Below are positions 50,690 to 60,432 of a DNA stretch of 64,000 nt, one piece after another. Made by a program: the position numbers and the translations under genes. The first letter of the stretch is position 1, and the number at the start of each line of letters is the position of its first letter. This DNA comes from an uncultured Bacilli bacterium (GTDB taxonomy: Bacteria > Bacillota_I > Bacilli_A > RF39 > UBA660), in assembly GCA_947627385.1 (NCBI GenBank), contig CANQVV010000001.1:40865-104864 (forward strand), read 5' to 3'. Below the pieces are notes generated by a model. The model was not told the DNA's origin and did no database searches. It saw only the letters and a list, made by a program, of their open reading frames with translations.

Positions 50690-52438
50690 CTAATTTTTTT
50701 TATTTATTTTATCTTCGATAAATTTAATAAATTCTTCCTTGGATACAGTTATAGTATCTTCACTACCATAAAGTCGATAACTAACATTATTATTATCAAC
50801 TTCTTTTTGGCCAATTATTAAAGTAATTGGAATTTTATGCATAACACTTTCACGCATTTTATATCCTAATTTTTCGTTACGTTCATCAAGTTCTACCCGA
50901 TAATCACTAAGCATTTCTTTTAAACTTTTAGCATATTCTAAATGATATTCATTATTAACAGGAATAATATTTATTTGAACTGGTGATAACCATAATGGCA
51001 AAGCTCCTTTTGTTTCTTCTAAAATGAAAGCAGTAAATCTATCAAATGTACCAAAGATAGCGCGGTGTAGCACAACTGGAATTTGCTTATTACCATCCGA
51101 ATCTATATAAGAAAGTTCGAATCTTCTTGGTAAAAGAAAATCAAGTTGACAAGTTGATAAAGTTACCTCCGGACCAATTGCTGGTTTTACTTCTACATCA
51201 AGTTTAGGACCATAGAAGGCAGCCTCCCCAATTGCTTCATAATAATCAAGATGTAAGTCATTTAATACTTCTCTTAATTTATCTTCGGCATCATTCCACA
51301 TTTTATCATCATCAAAATATTTTTCTTTATCACTCTTATCTCTTAATGATAATCTAAATTTATAATTTTTAATACCAAAATCATGATAAACATCTAAAAT
51401 TAGTTCAACAACTTTTTTAAATTCTTCTCCTATTTGATCAGGTCTCACAAAAAGGTGAGCATCATTTTGACACATACAACGGACACGTTCTAACCCTTTA
51501 ACTGCTCCGCTAGCTTCATAACGAAAATCAGTGGCAAATTCCCCAATGCGTATAGGTAAATCACGATAAGAATGTAAGTCATTTGCATAAACTAACATAT
51601 GATGAGGACAATTCATTGGTCTTAAAACAAATTCTTCTTCATCAACTTTCATTGATGGGAACATATTTTCTTTATAATGATCCCAATGTCCTGATGTTTT
51701 ATATAAATCAACTGTTCCAACACAAGGAGTATAAACATGTTTATAACCTAATTTTTGTTCTTTTTTATAAATATAATTTTCTAATTCTTTTCTGACAATT
51801 GCCCCATTTGGAAGCCATAAAGGCATACCTTTGCCAACTAAATCATGAGTCATAAAAATATTTAAATTTTTGCCAATTTTACGATGATCTCTTTCACTTG
51901 CTTCTTGAAGTTCTTGTAAATAATCATTAAGTTCTTCTTCTGATGGAAAACAAACGCCATAAATTCTTTGAAGCATTTTGTTATTTTTATCGCCTTTAAA
52001 GTATGCTCCACTAAATTTAAGAAGCTTAAAATATTTTAATTCTTTAACTGATTCAACATGAGGGCCACGACAAAGATCCGTAAAATCACCTTGACTATAA
52101 CAAGAAATAACTGTATTATTTTCATCCATTCTGGTAATTAAATCTATTTTATATGGATCATCTTTAAACATTTCTAAGGCTTCTTCCTTAGTAATTTCAT
52201 GTCTTATTATTTTTTTACCATCTTTGGCAATTTTTTTCATTTCATGTTCAATTTTAGAAATATCATCATCAGTAATAACTTTATCTCCTAAATCAATATC
52301 ATAGTAAAATCCCTCAGCAATAACTGGGCCTACCCAAAATTTAGCCTTAGGATATAAATGCTTTACTGCTTGGGCTAAAAGATGAGCACAACTATGATTT
52401 AAAACACTTAATTTTTCATCTTCTAATATATTTTTCAT
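50690..52438 (-). CDS. thrS: threonyl-tRNA synthetase lacking the N-terminal TGS domain
   Basis: Starts at the N2/editing domain (HSCAHLLAQAVKHLYP...GPVIAEGFYYDIDL). Class II motifs present. 582 aa. Confidence 0.9.
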   Translation of the reverse strand: MKNILEDEKLSVLNHSCAHLLAQAVKHLYPKAKFWVGPVIAEGFYYDIDLGDKVITDDDISKIEHEMKKIAKDGKKIIRHEITKEEALEMFKDDPYKIDLITRMDENNTVISCYSQGDFTDLCRGPHVESVKELKYFKLLKFSGAYFKGDKNNKMLQRIYGVCFPSEEELNDYLQELQEASERDHRKIGKNLNIFMTHDLVGKGMPLWLPNGAIVRKELENYIYKKEQKLGYKHVYTPCVGTVDLYKTSGHWDHYKENMFPSMKVDEEEFVLRPMNCPHHMLVYANDLHSYRDLPIRIGEFATDFRYEASGAVKGLERVRCMCQNDAHLFVRPDQIGEEFKKVVELILDVYHDFGIKNYKFRLSLRDKSDKEKYFDDDKMWNDAEDKLREVLNDLHLDYYEAIGEAAFYGPKLDVEVKPAIGPEVTLSTCQLDFLLPRRFELSYIDSDGNKQIPVVLHRAIFGTFDRFTAFILEETKGALPLWLSPVQINIIPVNNEYHLEYAKSLKEMLSDYRVELDERNEKLGYKMRESVMHKIPITLIIGQKEVDNNNVSYRLYGSEDTITVSKEEFIKFIEDKINKKN

Positions 52439-53064
52439 TATTTTTCCTCCTTAATATGAATTTCTACTTCTATATCTTTATTTATTAATTTTTTAAATTT
52501 TTCTCCTAAATTAAGATCACCAATTATACTTCCATAATGAATAGGAATTACTTTTTTGGGCTTTATCTCATTTATATATTCAGCGGCTTCCAGATAATCC
52601 ATAGTAAAATGACCACCAATAGGGATAAAACAGACATCAACTTGTAAATTTTTATTTTCATCTAAAACATCAGTATCTCCCATAATATAATAAGATTTAT
52701 TATCAACATTTATAATATATCCTACATAATTTGCCTCTTTTGGATGAAAGAGTTTATGTAAATTATAAGCTCTAACAGTCTTAAAATTTAAATCATTTAA
52801 GCAATAATCTTTATTTGGTTCAACTACTAAAACATTGGTTGTTATTTTTTTAGCTTCTTTTTCTAAAATTTGGGGTACAACTAAAATAGTAGAATTTTTC
52901 AAAATATTTTTAATTGAATCTTTATCATAGTGATCATAATGATCGTGGGTTATAAAAATATAATCAGCATCATGTAATGGGTGATCTATTTTAAAAGGAT
53001 CAAAATAAATATTTTCTTTATTACTAAGTTTAATTGCTGATTGAGTAAATACTTTTATTGGCAT
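52438..53064 (-). CDS. MBL-fold metallo-hydrolase
   Basis: HxHxDH motif ITHDHYDHYD. Start overlaps the thrS start region. GGAGGA RBS. Confidence 0.75.
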   Translation of the reverse strand: MPIKVFTQSAIKLSNKENIYFDPFKIDHPLHDADYIFITHDHYDHYDKDSIKNILKNSTILVVPQILEKEAKKITTNVLVVEPNKDYCLNDLNFKTVRAYNLHKLFHPKEANYVGYIINVDNKSYYIMGDTDVLDENKNLQVDVCFIPIGGHFTMDYLEAAEYINEIKPKKVIPIHYGSIIGDLNLGEKFKKLINKDIEVEIHIKEEK

Positions 53065-53085
53065 TTTATCCTCCTTTTCATTTTA

Positions 53086-53275
53086 AATAAAAAAAGATGC
53101 TACCTAAGGAGTCATTATGACGGTACCATCCTTTTATTTACTTAATTTAATAATAACGGTTTTAAACCGGAGTTGATTAGACTCTCTACTGAGAATAGTA
53201 ATTATTAAACTGTTTGTTAATTTGCACCATCCATTAACTCTCTTCAAAACAATTATTTAATAATCGTATTTCTCG
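53086..53275 (-). ncRNA. T-box leader (tRNA-sensing riboswitch) upstream of the MBL-thrS operon
   Basis: Minus strand has the AGAGAG (GA) motif, the T-box sequence AAAGGATGGTACCGTC (53119..53134) and an overlapping terminator (GATGGTACC...GGTAGCATC, then U-run). Confidence 0.7.
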
Positions 53276-53283
53276 TCATCAAT

Positions 53284-53535
53284 TTACGAATTAATTTTAT
53301 CACTATTTAAACTTTTTGACAATCCCTTTTGAGGAACTAAATCAATACCGCCTTTACTAAAAGGATTACATTTTAAAATTCTTTTAATACTTAGAATTGT
53401 TCCCTTAAAAGCTCCATATGTATTAATAGCTTCCCGAGCATAATTAGAACATGTTGGATAATATTTACACCTATTATGACTAGATAAAGGTAAACTTTGA
53501 TATAAATCAATTAATTTTAATAATAATTTTTTCAT
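53284..53535 (-). CDS. yidD: membrane protein insertion efficiency factor YidD
   Basis: CKYYPTCSNYAREAINTYGAFKG...CNPFSKGGIDLVP matches the YidD signature. Start taken at the internal ATG. Confidence 0.7.
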   Translation of the reverse strand: MKKLLLKLIDLYQSLPLSSHNRCKYYPTCSNYAREAINTYGAFKGTILSIKRILKCNPFSKGGIDLVPQKGLSKSLNSDKINS

Positions 53536-53634
53536 ACTACTATTATAATATCTTTTAAAACACTTAACAAGATAAGAAATTACCAAAAATAGGTATTGTA
53601 CTTTTAAATATTTTATACTATACTTTAATTGTCA

Positions 53635-53648
53635 CGAACAAATGTTGG
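53635..53648. promoter_or_regulatory. Cheo/LexA-like box CGAACAAATGTTGG
   Basis: 12/14 match to CGAACATATGTTCG, 16 nt upstream of the ATG of the Y-family polymerase gene. Confidence 0.45.
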
Positions 53649-53663
53649 TTTGGAGGTGGAATA

Positions 53664-54908
53664 ATGTATCCTAAAAGAAGTATTTTATGCATTGATTTAA
53701 AAAGCTTTTTTGCTTCCGTAGAATGTGTTGAAAAAGGACTAGATCCCTTTAATTACCCTTTGGTAGTGGCCAATGCAAAACAAGGAAATGGGGCAATTAC
53801 TTTGGCTGTTACTCCTTATTTAAAAAAGATGGGAGTTAAATCACGAGGTCGTATTTATGAGATTGATCCTCATATTAAATACTATATTGCTAATCCGAGA
53901 ATGAATTTATATATTGAATATAGTAAAAAAATTATTAGTATCTATCTAGATTTTGTCAGTGAAGAAGATTTACTTGTTTATTCGGTTGATGAATGTTTCT
54001 TAGATATTACTAATTATTTAAAAATGTATCAAAAAACAGATATAGAATTAGCTAAGGAAATTTTAAATACTATTTATCAGAAAACCAAATTAACCGCTAC
54101 ATGTGGTATTGGTGATAATATGCTTTTAGCCAAAGTAGCTATGGATATAGAAGCTAAACATAATAAAAATAATATTGCCAAATGGACTTATGATGATGTT
54201 CAAAATAAATTATGGACTATCTCTCCTCTATCTAATATGTGGGGCATTGGAAAAAGAATGGAAAATAATTTAAATAAAATGGGAATTTATAGTGTTGGTG
54301 ATTTAGCAAAATATGATGAAAATAAATTAAAAGACAAATTTGGAATTATGGGTATTGAATTATGGAATCATGCTAATGGAATTGATTTAAGTAAAATATC
54401 TGATCATAAAAAATTAGCTAAAACTGAATCATTTAGTCACTCCCAAGTATTATTTAAAGATTATAATGAAAACAATATCAAAATTATTATTTCAGAAATG
54501 GTTGATGTTGTTACATCCAAAATGCGAAAGCATAATAAACTTACTAAATGTATTGGTTTTGGAATCGGTTATTCCAAAGAAATTGACAATGGTTTTTATC
54601 ATACTTTAAAGTTAGATAACCCTACGGATAATACCGAGGAAATTTTAAAATATTGCTTACTAATATTTGATAAATTTTATGAAAATTTGCCAATTAGAAA
54701 AGTTACTATTTGCTGTGGTAATTTACAAAATAAGCAAGATGTTCAGTTAACTTTATTTACTAATGATAAAAAAATAGATAATATTAATGATACTGTTGAT
54801 AATATTAAAAATAAATTTGGTAAAAATAGTTTATTAAAAGCCTCTAATCTTTTAGATGATTCTACGGCTATTGAACGAAATAAGAAAACTGGTGGTCATG
54901 ATGCCTAA
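53664..54908 (+). CDS. Y-family DNA polymerase (UmuC/DinB-like; UvrX/YqjW type)
   Basis: N-terminal ILCIDLKSFFASVE plus VDECFLD catalytic motifs. 414 aa. Confidence 0.85.
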   Translation: MYPKRSILCIDLKSFFASVECVEKGLDPFNYPLVVANAKQGNGAITLAVTPYLKKMGVKSRGRIYEIDPHIKYYIANPRMNLYIEYSKKIISIYLDFVSEEDLLVYSVDECFLDITNYLKMYQKTDIELAKEILNTIYQKTKLTATCGIGDNMLLAKVAMDIEAKHNKNNIAKWTYDDVQNKLWTISPLSNMWGIGKRMENNLNKMGIYSVGDLAKYDENKLKDKFGIMGIELWNHANGIDLSKISDHKKLAKTESFSHSQVLFKDYNENNIKIIISEMVDVVTSKMRKHNKLTKCIGFGIGYSKEIDNGFYHTLKLDNPTDNTEEILKYCLLIFDKFYENLPIRKVTICCGNLQNKQDVQLTLFTNDKKIDNINDTVDNIKNKFGKNSLLKASNLLDDSTAIERNKKTGGHDA

Positions 54909-55224
54909 TTTTAATGATCGTGGTATTATTAAATGGCAACCATTTAATTCTTGTTTTAATTGTGAAGAAATGATGCAAGATATTGAAAAGGCAAAAAATA
55001 AACAAAAATATCCTATATTATCCGAAGATCAGCTAAGTAATTTAGAGCATCAAATTATTAATGCCTATAATTTAAAATTAACTATTAAAATTTTTTATTA
55101 TTATGATGGTAATATAAAAAATGAAAATGGTCAGATAAATTATTTAAATACACATACTAAAAAATTATATTTAAATAATATAAAAATATACTTTAACCAA
55201 ATATTAAAAATTAGTGAATATTAG
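54898..55224 (+). CDS. YolD-like protein (UmuD-functional partner family)
   Basis: RGIIKWQPF motif. Overlaps the polymerase stop, as in Bacillus yqjW-yqjX / uvrX-yolD. Confidence 0.65.
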   Translation: MMPNFNDRGIIKWQPFNSCFNCEEMMQDIEKAKNKQKYPILSEDQLSNLEHQIINAYNLKLTIKIFYYYDGNIKNENGQINYLNTHTKKLYLNNIKIYFNQILKISEY

Positions 55225-55955
55225 AATACACCTTTCTTTAATAAATTATCAATATCATTATGAAAATTATTTTCTAAAATATATAACATTTTATTAAGAT
55301 AAAATTCTGTTGTATGATAATTTTTAGTATTGTCAAAAGAATATTTATCATTAATTTCATAAGATACATCACCAAGTTCTGTATCAATATGAGCATTATA
55401 CCAACTTATCAAAGGAATTGGAGTTAAACGACCTAATTCATCTCTTTCCTCTGGTATGTTAATTTGTTTCTTATTAAGAATTGCAATAATTTTATAAAAT
55501 AAATCTTCATGAATTTTACCTAATTTTAAATTGATATCAACTAAATCTTTATTAATTAAAGATTTATTAAGAGTATTTTTAGATATTTTTTTCAATATAT
55601 CTTCGCTAACAAATTCACCATTAATAAAAATAGCCGTATGCAATAATTCTATGCCATTATCAGTAAGTAATTCAAATAGACCTAATGCTTTTTCTTTAAA
55701 TTTTGAAAAATCTTGCCATTCAACTTTATCCATATTATATTGAAGATTTATTTGACTAATAGTTAAATTTGTACGTTTTGAATTATTAACAGCTGTTATT
55801 ACGGGTGCAAAAAAGTCATCAGTAATATTTAAAAAATTATATCTATCATATTCATTTTGGAAAAAATTTTGTAATTTATCTATTATTTCTTGATGAGATT
55901 TAAAAATATTAAACCAAAATGTAATACTAAAACAATTTATGTGCATATTTATCAC
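55221..55955 (-). CDS. hypothetical protein (244 aa)
   Basis: No known domain. Confidence 0.4.
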   Translation of the reverse strand: MINMHINCFSITFWFNIFKSHQEIIDKLQNFFQNEYDRYNFLNITDDFFAPVITAVNNSKRTNLTISQINLQYNMDKVEWQDFSKFKEKALGLFELLTDNGIELLHTAIFINGEFVSEDILKKISKNTLNKSLINKDLVDINLKLGKIHEDLFYKIIAILNKKQINIPEERDELGRLTPIPLISWYNAHIDTELGDVSYEINDKYSFDNTKNYHTTEFYLNKMLYILENNFHNDIDNLLKKGVF

Positions 55956-55982
55956 TCCTTTAAGTTAAAAAAATAGCCTTGG

Positions 55983-56570
55983 CTATTTTTTTGTAATTTC
56001 AAATGAATTTACCATATAATCTATTTTAGCTTTTACTTTGCTAAAATATTCTTCGGTATTTGGGTTTTTAATAGTAATTTTATAAGTAACATCATTAGAT
56101 GTAATATATAATTCCTCGGTATATGAATCAACAGTTAAATTACATTTACTATATCCTTTTGTATCTTCATTAATAATACAACCTTTTGGTAAATCTGATT
56201 TTTCGACAATAACAAGAATTTTATCTTCGTCTAAAAATTTAAAATAATCTTGTTTACGATATTTAAAAACTCGAAAATTATTTACATCATAGCGCATACT
56301 ATAATCAAGATCACTAACATATTTTTGGGTTGTTATAAGTTCATCTTTACCACTTATTTTAACATACTCTAATTTTTTATCAGTTGACATATTTATTTTA
56401 ATATGGTTTTTTTCGACAAAAAAGTAATTCATTAAATACAATAAACTTACAAATAAAATAATTACTCCTAAAACAACTAAGGTTTTCATAATGGTAGCAT
56501 TATTACTACTTTTAGTATTAACACTTCTTTTATTAGTTACTTGTTTTGAATTAATTTTATTATTGGCCAT
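55983..56570 (-). CDS. hypothetical N-terminally anchored protein (195 aa)
   Basis: Basic N-terminus, one TM, then a beta-rich ectodomain. Confidence 0.4.
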   Translation of the reverse strand: MANNKINSKQVTNKRSVNTKSSNNATIMKTLVVLGVIILFVSLLYLMNYFFVEKNHIKINMSTDKKLEYVKISGKDELITTQKYVSDLDYSMRYDVNNFRVFKYRKQDYFKFLDEDKILVIVEKSDLPKGCIINEDTKGYSKCNLTVDSYTEELYITSNDVTYKITIKNPNTEEYFSKVKAKIDYMVNSFEITKK

Positions 56571-56694
56571 TTACACCACTACTTTCATTTAAATGATACT
56601 ACATATTACCTAAAACAGCAATATTTATTTCATATAATGATGTCAATAAAATATAAATATATTATTAGTATTTACAATTTAAAATTTTATATAC

Positions 56695-57609
56695 TTAGAC
56701 TTTCTTAGTTTCAGCTTTAAGTTCTTTTTTATAACTTTTAGAAACAATATGATATGTAATTAAAATTATAATCATAATAATTAAAACACTAAATGATAAT
56801 ATCATACTATAATTAATTGTTTTACTTAAAGTTTTAAATATATAAGCATAGTCTAATCTAAATAAAGCATTATTTAATATTAAGAATATTACAGTAATTA
56901 TACTAGTTAAAAGTGAACTAAACATAATTGTTAAAGAATTCCATTTTATCCACTTTGCCTCTTTTAATTTAAATAATATGATGCCTATTATTGAAACAGC
57001 CATTGCTATTCCTAAAATCATAATTAATTTATTACCTAATATAAAACGGATAGTATTAAGTGACTCCATATCTTTTTGACTAAAAGTTTCATCAATAACA
57101 TTTGTCTCTGGTAATAATTCTTGATATTCATTTACTTCCTCACGAATAATTGTTAAAATTTCTTGTTTTTCTTCTGGTTGTATTTCATAATAACCGCTTT
57201 TATTTATATCAGTAATTGCTTTATCGACAAGGCTTTCAATATTATCAGTATTTATCAATTTTTGATTTTTACCAGTCACGATATAATCTGTTATATTGCC
57301 AGTAACATCACCAATTAATCCTTTAACTTCGTCAGAATCCATAATTTTTATAATTACTTCATCTTCGATGCCAAGATTTCTTGTTTCTTCATAAATTGGT
57401 TCAAAAACTTCATCTACTGCTTTTTTAAAGTTTGGATCATCTTGAACCATTTTTTCAATTTCTAAACTAGTAATCATTTCTTTTACTGAGTCTTTCTTAA
57501 TTGTATTCTTTACTGGTAAAAGTAATAATACTCCGCTTGTTGAAACAAATAAAACTAGAACTAAAATTGTTAGTGCCAATCCTTTTAAAAATTTTTCCAT
57601 TTTCTTCAC
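56695..57609 (-). CDS. hypothetical membrane protein (304 aa)
   Basis: N-terminal TM, acidic extracytoplasmic domain, then 3-4 C-terminal TM helices. Confidence 0.4.
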   Translation of the reverse strand: MKKMEKFLKGLALTILVLVLFVSTSGVLLLLPVKNTIKKDSVKEMITSLEIEKMVQDDPNFKKAVDEVFEPIYEETRNLGIEDEVIIKIMDSDEVKGLIGDVTGNITDYIVTGKNQKLINTDNIESLVDKAITDINKSGYYEIQPEEKQEILTIIREEVNEYQELLPETNVIDETFSQKDMESLNTIRFILGNKLIMILGIAMAVSIIGIILFKLKEAKWIKWNSLTIMFSSLLTSIITVIFLILNNALFRLDYAYIFKTLSKTINYSMILSFSVLIIMIIILITYHIVSKSYKKELKAETKKV

Positions 57610-57690
57610 TCCTTGTGTATATTATATCAGAATAATTCTAAAAAAGAAAACATAAAAAAACCCCGTAAATACAGGGAATTATTGTCTCAA

Positions 57691-57767
57691 TGGTGGAGGA
57701 TGTGGGATTCGAACCCGCGACCCCCTGCGTGCAGGGCAGGTGCTCTAGCCAGCTGAGCTAATCCCCC
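57691..57767 (-). tRNA. tRNA-Ala (anticodon TGC)
   Basis: 77 nt. G3:U70 identity pair. Anticodon loop CCTGCAC. Encoded CCA. Confidence 0.9.
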
Positions 57768-57819
57768 AAGAACACGATTATCTTAACACATTTATTTTAG
57801 ATAATCAAGAGTTTTGAGA

Positions 57820-58020
57820 TTATTTTTTTACAACTTTTATTAATCCGTTTTCTAGTTCTTCTAAGGCTCTGCCTAAATCTTTTTTACTAACATACTCATT
57901 TATGCGCATTTGATAATGAGAAGTTTCTTGCATTTGTTTACTTCTTTTAGAAGCAACATGAACTAACATATACTTAGAATCTACAATATTTAATAATTTA
58001 TCTATTGATGGATATAACAT
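57820..58020 (-). CDS. rpoZ: RNA polymerase subunit omega
   Basis: MLYPSIDKLLNIVDSKYMLVHVASKRSKQM matches the RpoZ N-terminus. Confidence 0.85.
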   Translation of the reverse strand: MLYPSIDKLLNIVDSKYMLVHVASKRSKQMQETSHYQMRINEYVSKKDLGRALEELENGLIKVVKK

Positions 58021-58114
58021 TTTAAACCACTGCTCCTTACAATAATATATTACTAAATATTTTTTTATTAATTCAACAATTCAAAGAAATTTGACATTTA
58101 TTTTACCAATTTTT

Positions 58115-58486
58115 TTAAATATCTATATCAACTTTAAAATTATCTTTTTCTTTAATTATTTCAATCATTTTTGAATTTAGTGTTTCATTACTATTAGAAG
58201 GATCAATAATATTGCCATCTTCATCGGAAACTAAAATTTTGCTATCAATTAAATCTTGTACAGAAATATGGGTGGAATTATTTTCCTCAAATAAATCTAA
58301 ATGTTGATTAGCATAAGCTATGGCACTTTTCTTGATTGTTTCTATAATATTATTATGTGCTTTATTAATATCATAATCATTTTCAAAAGCATAAGATGCT
58401 TTGTTAATAATGATAAAATATGCTATCGTAAAGATTACCATTATTATTGTCAAAGCAATTATTTTTTTATCTTTCCATATTTTCAT
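58115..58486 (-). CDS. hypothetical membrane-anchored protein (123 aa)
   Basis: N-terminal TM. No known domain. Confidence 0.35.
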   Translation of the reverse strand: MKIWKDKKIIALTIIMVIFTIAYFIIINKASYAFENDYDINKAHNNIIETIKKSAIAYANQHLDLFEENNSTHISVQDLIDSKILVSDEDGNIIDPSNSNETLNSKMIEIIKEKDNFKVDIDI

Positions 58487-58585
58487 ATTACACCTAATTT
58501 CTATATATATTATATCTTATTTATAATAATATGCCAAGGGATATTAAATTTTTTCCAGAAAAAAATCTCTAAAATAGAGACTTTT

Positions 58586-58906
58586 TTAGAAACAACATTT
58601 TCTGTCGTAAACATTTGAAACAACATTTTCCTCACAAGTAGTAAAACATGGTGTGTAAGTATGTCTATAAACATGATGATTAATTACCCTTGTATTACAT
58701 GGCATAATGTGAGGTACTTCATAACAAAAATATTTATGACATACTCTTTCTTGTGGACATTCTTGAATTGGTGGGCACATCATAGTTTGTTGTGATATTG
58801 GCATACCCATATCACAGCATCCAGAACCCATGTTCATTCCCATATTCATATCCATAGCACCATCAATTTTCGTTTCACTATTATACTCAAATTTACTTTG
58901 TTCCAT
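58586..58906 (-). CDS. CotD-like Cys/His/Met-rich spore coat protein
   Basis: MDMNMGMNMGSGCCDMGMP repeats, then V.H...V..PH...C...V.NHHV motifs resembling inner spore coat protein D. Confidence 0.5.
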   Translation of the reverse strand: MEQSKFEYNSETKIDGAMDMNMGMNMGSGCCDMGMPISQQTMMCPPIQECPQERVCHKYFCYEVPHIMPCNTRVINHHVYRHTYTPCFTTCEENVVSNVYDRKCCF

Positions 58907-58959
58907 AAAAATATTTCCTTTCTAGTTTATCTTATGTAACATTTTAATTTTTGTATGGG

Positions 58960-60393
58960 TTATTTTTTGCAAGTGCCAGGATTAAATTGTTTAATAGGAG
59001 TTGTATCATCTATTTTTTTAAATGTATATCCATGGGCTTGTAAATATTCAATTACAGAAGGTAAAGCATCTTTTGTATTTTGTTTAATATCGTGCATTAA
59101 AATTATATAATTACCATTACCTCTAACATAAGTTTTGATTGTATTAATAATATCATTTACAGAATTTTTTTTGCATGTATCACAACTATCTACATTCCAG
59201 TCAAAATAAACATACCCTTTATCTGTCATTAAATTAGCCAAAGTTTCCATCATATTATTAATATCATTATACTTACAATTAGCAGTATTTGATGTACCAC
59301 CTGGAAATCTAAAATATTTAGGATGAACTCCGGTTTTTTCATAAACTATTTGTTCTATTTTACTAAAATCATTCCAATATGTATCAATAGAACTATATAT
59401 TGACCATTTATGACTATATGTGTGGACTCCAACCGTATGGCCTCGGTCATATTCGTCTTTGATTTTATCTAAGTAACCTGTAAACTGAGAAGTTACAAAA
59501 AATGTAGCTTTGATATTATATTTATCTAATATATTTAAAATTTCAGTTGTATACTTTCCTGGTCCATCATCAAAAGTCAAATAAATTGTACCATTACCTG
59601 TAATTTTATGTTCACTAACAACCACTTTTCTCGTTATAGTTGTTTCATTGCCATCATCATCACTAACACTATATGTAATTTGATAAGTTCCCACACTAGC
59701 TGAGTTTACAGTACCAGATATTTTTATTTTAGAAGTTAAATCACCACTGCATGAATCAATTGCAGTTGCTCCACTTTCTATATATTGCTCATTTAATTCT
59801 AAGTTAATTGTAGAATTTCCTTTTAATGTAATTACTGGTTTTTCTGAATCTATATAACTAATATCTTTTTCTAATTCGGTCTTATTTAAAGAACTATCAA
59901 CAACACTTAAATATATTTTATTATCATTTATTTTATATTCTAATTTGTCAGTAATATCGCCATCATAATTGTCTATAACAGTAGCATCGATTTTAATTGC
60001 AGAATTATTTTTACATAGTTTAATATCACCATTTAGTTTAATTTCTGGCTTTTCATCATCTATTACTTTGACGACTCTTTTAACTTTTTTGGTATGACCA
60101 TTATTTTGAGTAGAATAAATTATGGTATAAGTACCAATTTTATCAGTATTAACCTCACCATCAATATTCAAATCAAGTTTTTTAGAAGCAAATAAATTAC
60201 TCAATGTAGCATTTGCTCCTAATTCGGTATATTTTTTGCCTACTTTGACAATTATTGTTTGACTTCCTTTTAACTTTATTTTCAATTGTGGTATAGCCAT
60301 TAAACAAAAAGGCAAAACTGCTAATAATACCATTACTACTATAAAAATTATTTTTATTTTAGTTTTTCTTTTACTCCTCATAAAAAACACCAT
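58960..60393 (-). CDS. polysaccharide deacetylase with tandem DUF5011 Ig-like domains
   Basis: N-terminal TM. Repeated EKPEIKLNG...TVIDNYDGDIT Ig-like modules. C-terminal NodB domain TFDDGP and HTYSH. Confidence 0.75.
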   Translation of the reverse strand: MVFFMRSKRKTKIKIIFIVVMVLLAVLPFCLMAIPQLKIKLKGSQTIIVKVGKKYTELGANATLSNLFASKKLDLNIDGEVNTDKIGTYTIIYSTQNNGHTKKVKRVVKVIDDEKPEIKLNGDIKLCKNNSAIKIDATVIDNYDGDITDKLEYKINDNKIYLSVVDSSLNKTELEKDISYIDSEKPVITLKGNSTINLELNEQYIESGATAIDSCSGDLTSKIKISGTVNSASVGTYQITYSVSDDDGNETTITRKVVVSEHKITGNGTIYLTFDDGPGKYTTEILNILDKYNIKATFFVTSQFTGYLDKIKDEYDRGHTVGVHTYSHKWSIYSSIDTYWNDFSKIEQIVYEKTGVHPKYFRFPGGTSNTANCKYNDINNMMETLANLMTDKGYVYFDWNVDSCDTCKKNSVNDIINTIKTYVRGNGNYIILMHDIKQNTKDALPSVIEYLQAHGYTFKKIDDTTPIKQFNPGTCKK

Positions 60394-60432
60394 ACACCAA
60401 AAATATTATAGCACAAAAAAAAGTAAGTTGAA

